From: Callorhinchus milii
Lineage: Eukaryota
Direction: 5' to 3'
Length of the DNA stretch: 64,000 nucleotides
Assembly: GCF_018977255.1 (NCBI RefSeq)
Contig: NW_024704743.1
Span: forward strand, 93,746,001 to 93,810,000
A program made the translations under genes and the position numbers. Positions 50,546 through 62,293 of the stretch are shown one piece after another; position 1 is the first letter of the stretch; the number at the start of each line of letters is the position of its first letter. Under the pieces are notes generated by a model that ran no database searches, was not told where the DNA came from, and saw only the letters and a list, made by a program, of their open reading frames with translations.

Positions 50546-51264
50546 CCTCCGTGGCAGGTGACGGCTGGCTCGGTAAGGCCGCAGGGTTTCCGGGTTCCTC
50601 TGCACTGCGGCCTAGCAGCGACTAGACTGGAAGGGTGAAGCCTGGGGCTCGAGTTGGGGCCTCACCTGGGGCTGGGGTTTAGCCTCTCCCCCTCTCCCTC
50701 CCCTTATATGTATATAATTCCAGTGGATACAATAGATGGCCAAAATTGAGATCTCCAAAGTTGTTTGACCATTGTACAAGATATAGCAGAGCTGAAAAAC
50801 AAAGATTCCCCATACCTCAGCCATAACTACACAAATCTACATTCCACATTGGATCCTTTGGTTGCAAGCATAGCTGCTAACGGTCGGTACAGCTAGTATA
50901 TAACATACACAGCTGTTATTCAATTCTAAGGCAATCGACAGCAGCGAACAAGCCTTGTTAACCTAGGCATCTAAATGCAACAAATTACTCACACATTATT
51001 CATACATTCAATGAAAGCACATAAACCATGTAGGGGGTCCCAAGAGCCTGGGAGTCACCTTCACTGGAAAAGCCATGTGAAAGCAACTGTACCTACAGTG
51101 CTCAAATAATAGTGCCACTCCGTTGTTGGGAATAAAGGAACAGCCAGAATGGAACTAAGCTCTCAGCTGAGCCTGCCAAAACATTTCAGCCATAATAGGA
51201 CTATTCTGCTTATCCAAAGTATGGAGTTGGGAACCCGAGAATAGAGGAACCAAAATCACTTGTA

Positions 51265-51881
51265 TTCTATCCTCCACAGGCTGCAGATCATCCAGAACTC
51301 TGAAGCCCTTGTCCTCTCCCGCATTAGGCTCCATGACTCTATCACCCCCATCCTTGCCCAACTCCACTGGCTTCCTAACACACAGAGAATACAGTTCAGA
51401 ATCCTGGTCCTCACCTTCAAAGCCCTCCACAGTCTTGCTCCCCCTACCTCTCCGACCTCCTAACCCCCTATCATCCTGTTCGCTCCCTCTGCTCAGCAGG
51501 CTCCAGCCTGCTTCACATCCCCCACTATCACCTCTCTCGCCCCACTATCGGCGGGTGGGCATTCCGCCGCTCTGCCCCCACCTTCTGGAACTCCACCTGA
51601 ATCACCTAGCGATTTGAAGACCCAATAAATGATGAGTTATCAGAGATATGTAACACACAAGCAACGTTTAAAAAGTATGAAAATCTGACGAGTTACGAGA
51701 TATCCTGGGTGACTAGTTATCTGAGGATCATAATTGACATTTCTTGTGGGCAATAGCTAGGATATTGAGTGAGTGATGAGTTATGCGGGATTAACAAAAC
51801 CCCCAATTGTCCAGCGCCCTGGGATGTCTTTCCGACGTGAAGGGCGCTATACAAGTGTAATTTGTTGCTGTTGTTGTTGTT
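51265..51881 (+). mobile_element. L2 3' fragment (51265-51595) and separated tail (51808-51881)
   Basis: LHRLQIIQNS..LHWLP..IQFRIL; terminal stem agcgccct/agggcgct and (TTG)n. Confidence 0.85.
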
Positions 51882-52959
51882 AACAACTTATTCCAAGTGC
51901 AGGATGTCAGAGCTTCACTTATTCCAAGTACAGGATGTACCTCATGCTCCAAATCTAGAGAAGAGTCAGGTTAAAGTTCATGTGGTGACAGCGAGTGTAG
52001 TCTACCCCAGTGAACTGAAGCATTCATTAACGCCATCCTTTGCGATGGATACAACAAAGAGGAATGTTTTTCTTCATAACATTTATCATATTTGTGGTCA
52101 CAGATTGGATAACTGTAATTATCCAATAATTATGAAATGTTTTCTTTTCAATACCACACATTCAGGTTTCTTTACTCGGTCAAATGCATCTGAAGCCTCT
52201 GGTATGTAGAGTTCTGTCCAGCTGAACAAAGCACAGAATGGAGAAAAAATGAAGAATGGACTGGTCAAGGCTTTTGGGTGATGCAGTAAGTTAATGAGAT
52301 TACCTTTTTTATTATTATATTATTATTACATTTTACCTATGGAGCCAGCAATTGAATCCAGCCCAGACTAATGGGATCTAAATCTCTCTCTGTTGAATGG
52401 GGCAGTTCTAAGTAACACAAGTTGAAGGAGTGTTAACCCAGGTCATAATAGGCATGAGCCAACAACAGAAAATGCAGCAGAAGCACTAAGCAGAAACTAC
52501 ATGATGGACAAAGGCGTTATATCAAATGCAAGGATTATTATTAGTATTATTATTGTTATCATTACCATCTCCAATGCTAATAATGTCACCTGGAAGAGCT
52601 GCCAGTATGTGACAACACTGAACAATTTAAAGAAAGTACCAACGTATAGGATTATCATTTGTGCGGTGGCGAACAAAACATATGTGCAAATCTAAAGTTG
52701 TAAATGATATGTGCTAAAAAAATCTACTGATAATTAAATGTTATCAATAATGTAGACAGCAATGTAATACATGAAAATAGAAGGGTATAAAATTACAGTG
52801 AACATGTTGGAAGAGAAAACATACAACCACATGACTCAGACTGGTAAATCACGTGTTAGAAGCCATTGGCATGTAAGCGCACTGTTAGACAATACTTTGA
52901 AGCTACAGTACATTAGTAGATTTCCTGCCTCTTATAGAAAATAACATGATATATCTGTA

Positions 52960-53300
52960 AAGAAAGAATTTGCATTTTTATAGCACCTTATCACATCGGA
53001 ACATCTCTAAATGCTTCACAAGTGATTGTTGTGAAATGTAATGACTGTTTTTGTAGGCAAGCAGAGCAGTTGGTTGTGCCAGCAAAGTCCCACAAACAGC
53101 CATGAGATAAATGAGCAATTTATCTTGAGGACTATTAGCCAGGATACCGAGAGAAACGCTCTTCTCTTTTCAAACAGTATCTTGGGATCTTTCACGCCCA
53201 TGTGAACCACAAGAAGGAACCTTGATTTAACGTCTGAAAGATGACACACCTGACAAAGCAGTTGGAGGGTCTCCTTTGAACTACACTGGAACTTTGGTGG
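52960..53300 (-). mobile_element. Deu-domain SINE
   Basis: aaagaaagaatttgcat tail, gtcccacaaacagc, gggatctttcacgccca, tttaacgtc. Confidence 0.8.
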
Positions 53301-53714
53301 CCCAGATTAGAGAAATAGTTGAAATCCTGGTGTTGGGTGTATCTGTTATTTTCTGACAAGTGAATGAGCCAAAGTGAGACCAACTTTGGGAACAGACTCT
53401 CTTATTAAATGTTTTTGCTGGCGTGTCTGAGATGAGTCTAAGTAAACAATATTTTAAATGACATGTTAGGAGATGGAGACTGAGAATGAAACAAGTTGAA
53501 GTCACAGCCTACTCACAACTAACCCAAATGAGGAATACAATGAGACAAAATATCGAGACTGTGGTCATACACAAAATAATTCACAGGCAGGAGACTTCAA
53601 AAAATACTCCAAGTTGGGAAATAATTGCATTGGGATTCAATCTATGCTGAATTTCGTAAAATATGCAAATGTTTAGTTTACTGACAAAATGAATTTGCTG
53701 TGCATCATTTGGTT

Positions 53715-53900
53715 ACAGAATCAGGAAAACTTTACAACTCACAGGGAGAGGCCATTTAGCCCATTCATGTCTGTGTTGTGCTGTGCCAGCTATCTACTCC
53801 AATCCCATTCTCATGCTATTTTTCTGTATCATTTAATACTACTTTAAGTTTCCCAGGGATTTATCCAATTCATGTTTGAATACTGTTATAGACTCAGCTT
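53715..53900 (-). mobile_element. Old CR1 3' end
   Basis: gaggccatttagccca..ttatccaattc. Confidence 0.6.
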
Positions 53901-53914
53901 CAACAAGAATTTGT

Positions 53915-54085
53915 GATATGCACGACTGTTTGTGGGACACTGGTGTGCACAATTGGCAGCTGGGTTTCGCCCACAAAATATACAGTCAATTCACTTTGCA
54001 GTATATTCTGTGAAGTGCTTTGGGATATCTCGATGATGTGAGGAGGTACTATATCAAATGCAAGGATTATTATTATTATTATTAT
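53915..54085 (+). mobile_element. SINE 3' half
   Basis: cacgactgtttgtgggacac..aaatgcaaggattattatt. Confidence 0.9.
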
Positions 54086-54409
54086 AAGACAAATTGTACT
54101 CAAACAGCCCTACTGGAAAAAAAATGATTTTATTCCTCAACCTTTCCTTCAAAAATTCAAAATGTTAAAGTTATGAATGGTGTACGTTGCACTTTCATGT
54201 AGGTACATCATTAACAACAAAAACACATAGTTCTAGTTGTGGACAATGAGTCTTCTAATAAATCAACAAGAGCTCATGGCCAGTAACTATCAATAACAGC
54301 AATAGTTCCTATTTTACTGTGACACCACACTCTCACTTGTTCTGATCCCTACAAGGGAACGGTTGCAATTAACATTTTCCAGTTGACTTATAGTACATCG
54401 CAATCTATA

Positions 54410-54600
54410 ATAATATAATAATCATCCTTGCATTTGATGTGGCACCTTATTACACCATCAAAATATTTCAAAACACTTCACAGGATTTACTGTAAAGTTT
54501 GGTGACTGTATTCTCTGAACAAACACGACAGACAATTTGCACACAACAATGTTCAACAAATAGCCTTGAGGTGAATGACCAATTTTTATTTGGGGGATTA
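54410..54600 (-). mobile_element. Degenerate SINE 3' half
   Basis: atccttgcatttgat..gaatgaccaattt. Confidence 0.7.
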
Positions 54601-57454
54601 AACACCATTTTCCCCTAATCACATAGAAACTAGTTTAATAAAAAAACATCTTATTCTCTCCCTTAGCCCAACTGGAGTCTAGACAGTGTTCCTTTTATCA
54701 TAGGTTGGCATTATAAAATATTTATGTGTTTAAACTTCAAAATTAATACATCATTGCAAGTGCTACCTAGTTCACAGACTGGATTCACTGTGAAGATAAA
54801 GATGGTATCTTTTGAAAGTAGTTTGATGCTAGGGTGAATCAGTTGATGTTGTAACCATGGGTACCGGGGCCTATTTTACTTCAAAGTTTCCTTTTGAAGT
54901 TTACGGTTATGTTTTAGCCAGTCAGATATTCCACCAGAGTGATGGATGTGCATCAGTGTGGGCTTCACTCATATTCCAGGTTCAGTCAGCCTGGAAGAGC
55001 CTATGAGCCTCAGACCTTCAAACCAAATGACTGTGAGGTCCAGTCAACCCACTGATTAAACCCCATCGTTAGGACCCAGCAAGCAGAGTTTTGTATTTCG
55101 TTACTGTTATTTCGTGATCAAGAGAATCTTTTCTAATAGCATTTCAACATTAACGAGTTGAACAAAAGATTCTCTAAGTCACAGGTTTCCTTACACTGTA
55201 TTGTGTAAATGACTACAACAACAACTTGCATTTATATAGCACTCTTCATGCAGGATAGCGCCCCGGAGCGCTTGTAACTAATGACAAGTGACTGTGCACA
55301 GTATCCTAAGTCTGGTCTCAGCAATGTTTTATAGAGCAGTAGGTTTAGGTTAACTTCTCTGAATTTACTATGGAGTTATTTTCCTTGTGAACTGATTTGT
55401 TTGGTCAAAAAATAATTCATACATACGTCCCGTGCAGAAGACACGCAGGATGCAAGTGTTCCCTGAAATTGCTCACTGGATCATAACACAATAAAAAAAA
55501 CTGCTCATTCACGATATAACAGCAAGAATAAAAAAATTGCAGTAAGATGTGTGTGTGAGTGAAACCATTGTTTTCCTTTATTTATCACAATTGTACATAT
55601 AAATGTTATATGGAAATAATTACACCAGATATGTAAAGTCCAATTAATACTTGAGTTATGCAGACCAGAACCAAAATCTTGTGGGGGAACTATGCAAACA
55701 TCACATGAAAGATCAAAATCTGGGGGAAATGAAACATCCATCGGTTATTCAATAAGTAATTTATTGTAGTTCATAAAATTCATTCAAACAGCTATCTGCA
55801 TTGAACTTCTAGCAAGGACCAAAATAAACTGGGCTTGTGTAATCATCTTTCATCAGCAGAGTATGAAAAACTGTAAATTTAACTCTCATGCTTTTCATTT
55901 GAAGAATCTTGGCTTAAGGTATGTGAGGTTTACAGTACTTTATATCTTATTGCAAGTGTTTAGATTTCCTACTTCTGAGGGAGGATCATAAGAATATTTT
56001 CTGACTTAAGCAGTAAATCGGAAATGTGTTCTGATCTTGAGTAAAAATCTGAAGGAAATTTTACCTCTGACGGAGACGGTCCTTTTTTTGTAAGTAGACC
56101 ACATGAATCCAGAGAAGGGAAACAGGGGAGAAATGTGCCATTCAGATTACGATGGAAACCAGCCTTGCTTTGGTGGCATCTATGCAGACAACCGAATGTT
56201 AAATTGATATTGGAGATGACATGTCGGGAGGAGTGGGGGCGGGTGTGCTGAGATAATAAAGCACTGTAAGATGATATGTATTTTGAAACTGTCTAGCATT
56301 GGTAAACACATGAATCATATTGTGCTGCTCCATTCATGCCACCCTCCAATACATACAAGTGCACACATGTATGCAAAGATAATACGTCCTGCCATTGCCA
56401 TGTCTCCTCCCTATTCTCACTAGATTTGTGTTCCAGCTATTGGCAGCTAATACTAAAGAGGTTAGAGTTTACAACAAAAAGATTGAGTTCCACTTGGATA
56501 AGTCAAACAGGCCTGAGCGTGAGACCATATGGAATGATTTGGTTATATAAACAGAGCCAATGCAGGGGTTGAAAGTGCTGGAGGATGAAGCACTCTCTGA
56601 GAGTCAAAAGGCTTTTAACTCTCAGTCTTCATTTCTTTGTCTTAAGGCACAGGCCTATCTGAATAAACATTTAATTGGCCTGAATCCACAGAGAAAAGGT
56701 CAGGGGGAAGGGTGTTTCTGTGACAAAGTTATTATTCTTTTATGTTAAAAGTTACATATAAACGATACAGTGGCATAACCCAAACCACAAGTTAGTAACC
56801 CAGCTGGAAGGTATAATAATTCAACGCATGTCACAATAATAATGAATTAGCCACAACTGTGCCTTATCAGCTAATCTAGTCCACTCAGAATGGGGTACAG
56901 TGATATTGTTTTTATTAGCAGTGTATTTGCTTGTTCAAATAATCACGCCTCCAAATGTTTAAACATTCAGTCTGTGACACATTGGTATTTTACTGCAAAG
57001 ATCTCCTCAGTGATTGATTGTAGGTCAATAAGTTACCAAAGAGTCAGTTTCACTTTTTGCTGTCTGTACTCGTTTCTGCATCAGTGAGGGTGGGGAGGTG
57101 GGGAGCAATCAGGTCACCTGTGAGAGGCCAGACTACAAGCCTGCCTTTGACACTGTGACTAATAGCAGGGATTATTTATGAATAAATCAGGGTTTTAGTA
57201 CAATTGCTAGATAACAATTGTAAAATGTAATTCAGCCAAATTCATGTTTGGATCATGCCATTTCCAGCATAGGTGCAAAACTGAATGCAATCTATCTGAT
57301 TTACCTGCTAAAATTATCTTTTCCACAATGTGCATTTGACAATTAAATATAACATCAGCAAAAGAATAACGTAAGGTACATCCACCCCATCACTTTAGGC
57401 TTGCAAATAGAGTCACAGACTGCTGTTTATTCTGCTATTCTGGAATCAATAGCA

Positions 57455-57780
57455 CAGATTTGATCTCTCATGTCTGTATTGGTCCTGGCTCTCTCACAGA
57501 AGATATCTACTTTTATCCCATTCCCCTCCTATTCTAAGTCAACATATTTTTTCCTCAAATACCTATCCAATTCCCTCTTAAAAACTGTTGCAGGCTCAGT
57601 TTCAATTACCATAGACATTCCACCACATCGTAACAATCCTCTGCATTAAAACATTTCTTCTAATCTCCCTCTTCTCCTTCCAGTGATGCCCGCTTATTAC
57701 TGAATCGGAGTCAGTAAAAAAGTGTCTCTATTTATCAAAATTGTTCATGATTTTCAATACCCTTAGCTTCCTCTGTTCCG
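57455..57780 (-). mobile_element. Old CR1 3' fragment
   Basis: tatccaattccctcttaaa..catcgtaacaatcctctgc..cttcctctgttcc. Confidence 0.6.
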
Positions 57781-57825
57781 TTCTGTGCAGATTAATTGAT
57801 TCATTAAATGTATCTTATGAATGAT

Positions 57826-58240
57826 GTGTCAGTTTGGCTCAGTTGGTAGCACTTCAGTCAGTAGGTTGTGGGTTCAATCCATGCAGCGGGACTTTAAGCT
57901 TGCAATGTAGATGGATACTTCATCACTGAGCTAGAAGTCCATTACATTGTCACAAGTACCATTTTCAGGTAGGATATTAAAGCAAGGTCCTGGCGATGTG
58001 TTCAGTGGATATTAAAAAAAACATTATTTGAAAAAAGAGAATTTCTCTCAGTGTCGTGGATCAACAATCCCCCGAGAAAAATTGATAATTCACTTTGTGG
58101 CTGTTGTGGGACATTGCTATGTACAAATTGGTTACCATGTTTCTACAAATACACAGTCACTACTTATTGACAGCAATTCCCTCCCGAGTTAATTGGGATA
58201 TTTGACATTATAAATGCTGTATTAAATGCAAGAATTATTG
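57826..58240 (+). mobile_element. Full-length degenerate Deu-domain SINE with tRNA-derived head
   Basis: tggctcagttggtagcac A box, gggttcaatcc B box, Deu body and L2-type tail. Confidence 0.75.
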
Positions 58241-58424
58241 TTTTAATGCGTATAGAGTTATAGCGATCACTACAATCAGGGAATATATCCCAGGACATTA
58301 ACTGGTGATTACTGAGGTGCCAAAGGGCTGCAGGAGAGTTCTGTGTCAGGGAGTGTCATGCTTGCTTCGAATGAAACACTGCCAGTGTGCATAACAATAC
58401 CAACCGCAAGTTTGCATACATTCT

Positions 58425-58655
58425 GTGCCCGCTGGACAGACTGGGGTTTGTAACCAGGATGGGGATGAGAACCGAGAGGGTGGGGGAAGGTTGTCAAAGA
58501 GGTAGGTCTTGAGGTGGACCTTGAAGGAGGTGAGGGAAGGGGTGAGTCATTAAGATTCTGAGTTCCAAAGCGCGGAGGAGGATTGGCTGCAAAACGACAC
58601 TTGTGGTGCGGGTAGGACAGGAGACGTGAAGCAGGCCAGTGCACGCTGAGCAGAA
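58425..58655 (-). mobile_element. L2 3' fragment
   Basis: cgctggacag..ggtcttgaggtggaccttgaagga..gacgtgaagcaggccag. Confidence 0.8.
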
Positions 58656-59360
58656 TGCCAATCCAACAACACACAGAAGCACTTTCAGTAAGAGCTGTGC
58701 AGCTTTTCTTGTGTTTCCGCTATGTGAGGCATAGAGAGTAATCTGTGCTATACTCATTAGGGACTGACACATGATATGTTATTCTATGCCAGTGCAGGGT
58801 TGAAGCCTCAACCCATTGATCTTCTCAATTCCCTCCTTAAAATCAATTTACAAAACTGATACTGAGGCGAGGATCACTTATAAACACTCATTGAGCAAAC
58901 AAACTGAAAAATTGAGAAGCTACGCGATGCCCAACTCTTATTTGCACAATGACTCTTAGTGAAAGGTTGGTCTATAAATTGCATCTGTGTATAAATCACT
59001 CCCCTGTATTTAGAGGGCATAAAAGCACATCTGTGGTTGGAACTTAAATACCTGATTGTACAGGTTTTCTCACATTAAGCAGATGTATCCTCATCCATCA
59101 CCACGGTGGGCACATTATAAATATTACAGTCATTGCTTACCAGGATTCTCAAGTAATCAGAAAGGTGAGAACTGAAGGGATGCGTGAAAATAAACTGCAA
59201 TAATACCAGCACAGCAGACTTGATTTTTACCACCTGCAAATAGACCAATGAAGGCAAAACATGGTACATCAAATGTATCATTGCATTCCATCATTGTCTG
59301 GAAGGTAACAGCATTGAAAATATGATGACATTATACACTTGAACTAGGAATCATGAGATA

Positions 59361-59707
59361 TATAATAAATAATCCTTGCATTTGATATAGCGCTTTTCAC
59401 ATCTTCTAGACATCTCAAAGAGCTTCACAGAATATACTGTAAAGTGAATTGACTATATTTGTGGGCAAAACGTGGCAACCAATTGTGCACAGCAGTATCC
59501 CACAAACAGTTGTGGATTGAGTGACCAAATTATTATTATTATCCCCGGAAAAGCGAATCGACTAACAACCGGGTTCCTACTTACTGCTTGGTAAACAGAG
59601 CCATGTGGAGTGAGGAAACTTGCCCAGCATTTTGCCCTGTCTGGGAATAGAACTTAGGTCTCCCGCTTGCGAGGCAAATGCTCTAACCACTGAGCTACAG
59701 GACTCCA
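59361..59707 (-). mobile_element. tRNA-Ala-headed SINE, long form
   Basis: Reverse complement of 43063-43424. Confidence 0.93.
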
Positions 59708-60049
59708 GAGATTTATCTCAGAGGCAGTAAGTATATAGGAGGAACAGGAGAACAAGGCAAGAACTATAATTCTGACCATAAAATCATGTCAAAGGGATGT
59801 TCTAAGAAAAATATTTTTAAGAAGATATTGGTTTGTTTCCTCTGTTCAGAACATTTACAGATTCTTTACCACATAAGCTGTCAGTATTGTTATGTATTGT
59901 CTGGTTTATGTTGTGGGGCATTTCACAGGTGATTCAAAGAGAACGGTCATTGAAATAACCAGAGACTCACAGTGCTGGGATCTCACCCTCTTTACACTGC
60001 AGACGGAATCCAGAGCACTAAATGCAACACCAAGAATAATAACAATAAT

Positions 60050-60264
60050 CTTGAGGGATAATAATTTCTCAAGAAAAAAAACAATAATAAATTGGTCATT
60101 TCAATTCACAACTGTTTGTGGGACACTGCCGTGTGCAAGTGGCTGCCACGTTTCGCCCACAAATATACAGTCAATTCACTTTACAGTACATTCTGTGAAG
60201 AGCTTTGAGACATCTCGAAGACATGAAAAGCACTATATCAAATGCAAGGATTATTATTATTATA
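60050..60264 (+). mobile_element. SINE 3' half
   Basis: aataataaattggtcatttc..aaatgcaaggattattatt. Confidence 0.9.
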
Positions 60265-60409
60265 ACAAACAACAGTGCATGCACAAACATGTACACATGC
60301 AGCTCATTCAAAGTTTCTGCTTGGCTCAACAATCTTCCTTCTAAAATTATGTAAATATTATTATTATTATAATTAAATGATTATTTTTGTACTTCTGTAA
60401 TAGAGAGGG

Positions 60410-60915
60410 AGAAAAGTCTCACAGTGAGTCCACAGTGCTCTAAGGTCAATAATTTATGGGTTCAAACCCCACGTCAAAACTTGAGTTTCTAATCCAGTCT
60501 GGCAATCCAATCTCGTAGGCGTGGAGTGCTGCATTGCATGAGACATCAAACGCCCCACAACAAGTCAACAAGTCTACCCCAAGCACATTGCACTATTATG
60601 CATTATTGAAGTCAGCCTGCCCTGTTTGCTTGTTCAAGTGGAAGTTAAAGATCCCATAACACTATTCATAAAAAGAAGGGAGTTTATTGTGGTTTTCTGG
60701 TCAACAATGATCCAGATTAATTGGTCATTCAACCCAAGGTGGTTTGGGACGGCCTCCTGACGTAAAAAGCACTATACAAATGTAATTGGTTGTTGTAGGA
60801 TTTTGCTGTGCACAAATTGGCTGCTGTAAAGTAGTTGATATGCCAGAAAGTACGGTAATTATTGTGAAGAACAATGGGACGTTTTGTCATTATTGGCACT
60901 ATAAAAAATATAAGC
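60410..60915 (+). mobile_element. Degenerate Deu-domain SINE containing an inserted L2-type tail (~60745-60797)
   Basis: gggttcaaacccc B box, ggagtgctgcattg, aaagatcccataacactatt, gtgcacaaattggctgc. Confidence 0.7.
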
Positions 60916-61495
60916 CCATTCTTGGTGTGTGGGAGACATTAATTTGATGTGAACAACTTTTACTCCAGAATAGGGCCCATTGTTGTGATATCAACAACAA
61001 AAAATTCATACCAGACGTTCAATTCACCACTGCAACAGCAACTGAAGACCAAGAGAGAATTCTGATAAAGTGAGAGTGAATAGTGAGTCTGTAACTTAAT
61101 GAAGGGGTGGCGATGAAGTCATTAACTTTATCTGAACCCAAAGATTAAACTCCAGCTGCATTACTCATTCCTCCCATTTATCAATCTTTTTATGATATAT
61201 ACTATGGTTTCAATAAAATGAAACAATGGTACTAATAGTTAAAAGTAGTGCTGAAATTATCTTGATTAAAGAGTGTGTGTGAGACTCTATTGTAATGTCA
61301 GCTTTGGAAAGTAAAATTGTAAGCAGATGAAAACAACAGCATTGCAAATTTGCGAAACCTCATCAAATACTGTGTTCTGAACTGATTTATAAACCTGTCA
61401 GGAATACTCATTGAATAAGTGGAATTTTAATAATAGAAATAGAAGTCGCTGGGAATACTCAGCAGGTCAGGCAGCATGTAGGGAGAAAGGAAAGT

Positions 61496-61531
61496 GAGTC
61501 AACGTTTCAGGTCCACGATCTTCGTCAGAAC
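61496..61531 (-). ncRNA. Minimal type-I hammerhead ribozyme motif, catalytic core intact
   Basis: GUU CUGACGA AGAUC GUG GACCU GAAA CGUU GACUC; palindromic AACGUU stem III; one mismatch in stem II. Confidence 0.65.
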
Positions 61532-61547
61532 AGAACTTCATCAGACC

Positions 61548-61584
61548 GTTCTGACGAAGGGTCGTGGACTCAAAACGTTGACTC
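61548..61584 (+). ncRNA. Minimal hammerhead motif with GAAA changed to AAAA (likely inactive)
   Basis: GUU CUGACGA AGGGUC GUG GACUC AAAA CGUU GACUC. Confidence 0.6.
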
Positions 61585-61688
61585 ACTTTCCTTTCACCAT
61601 AGATGCTGCCTGACCTGCTGAGTGTTCCCAGCGACTTCTGTTTTTGTTTCAGATTTCCAGCATCTGCAGCATTTTATGTTTTGGAATA

Positions 61689-62051
61689 TTAATAATAATC
61701 CTTGCATTTGATACACGTCACCTTACCACATCTTTGAGACTTCTCAAAAGGCTTCACAAAATATACTGTAAAGTGGATTGACTGTGTATTTTGTGGATGA
61801 AACGTGGAAGCCAATTGTGCACAGCAGTGTTCCACAAGCAGTCATGGATTGAGTGACCACATTTTTTTTGGAGGGATTATTACCCCCGGAAGGCGATCTG
61901 CCAATCAACTAACAACTGAGTTCCTACTTACTGCTGGGTAAACAGAGGTGTGTGGAGTAAAGAAACTTGCCTAAGATTTTGCCCCAACCAGGAATTGAAC
62001 CAGGGTCCTCTCACTTACGAGACGAATGCTCTAAACACTATGCTACAGGAC
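61689..62051 (-). mobile_element. tRNA-Ala-headed SINE, long form (diverged)
   Basis: Reverse complement of the long-form copies. Confidence 0.9.
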
Positions 62052-62194
62052 ATATTGCATGATTCCACCAGGTCTTAGGCTACTCTATTCTGTTCTGTAG
62101 CTCAGCGTGCAACAGGAACGTGCCTGTGGAATAAAGTATTGAGTGAAAAACAAATGTGTTATGGAATATGTTGTAAAATCTATTGAGAAACATC

Positions 62195-62293
62195 TTTTTT
62201 GGAGGGATTATTACCCCCGGAAGGCGATCTGCCAATCAACTAACAACTGAGTTCCTACTTACTGCTGGGTAAACAGAGGTGTGTGGAGTAAAG
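62195..62293. repeat. Exact 99-bp local duplicate of 61864-61962
   Basis: Identical by eye, including substitutions private to the neighbouring SINE copy. Confidence 0.9.

Larger units (their letters stand above)
61436..61681. mobile_element. Penelope-like non-coding element, inverted-arm configuration, with 16-bp target-site duplication
   Basis: 61441-61531 is the reverse complement of about 61548-61639; flanks tggaattttaataata / tggaatattaataata. Confidence 0.8.

Noticed and set aside
57826..57885. tRNA gene
   Set aside because: Degenerate head of a Deu-domain SINE
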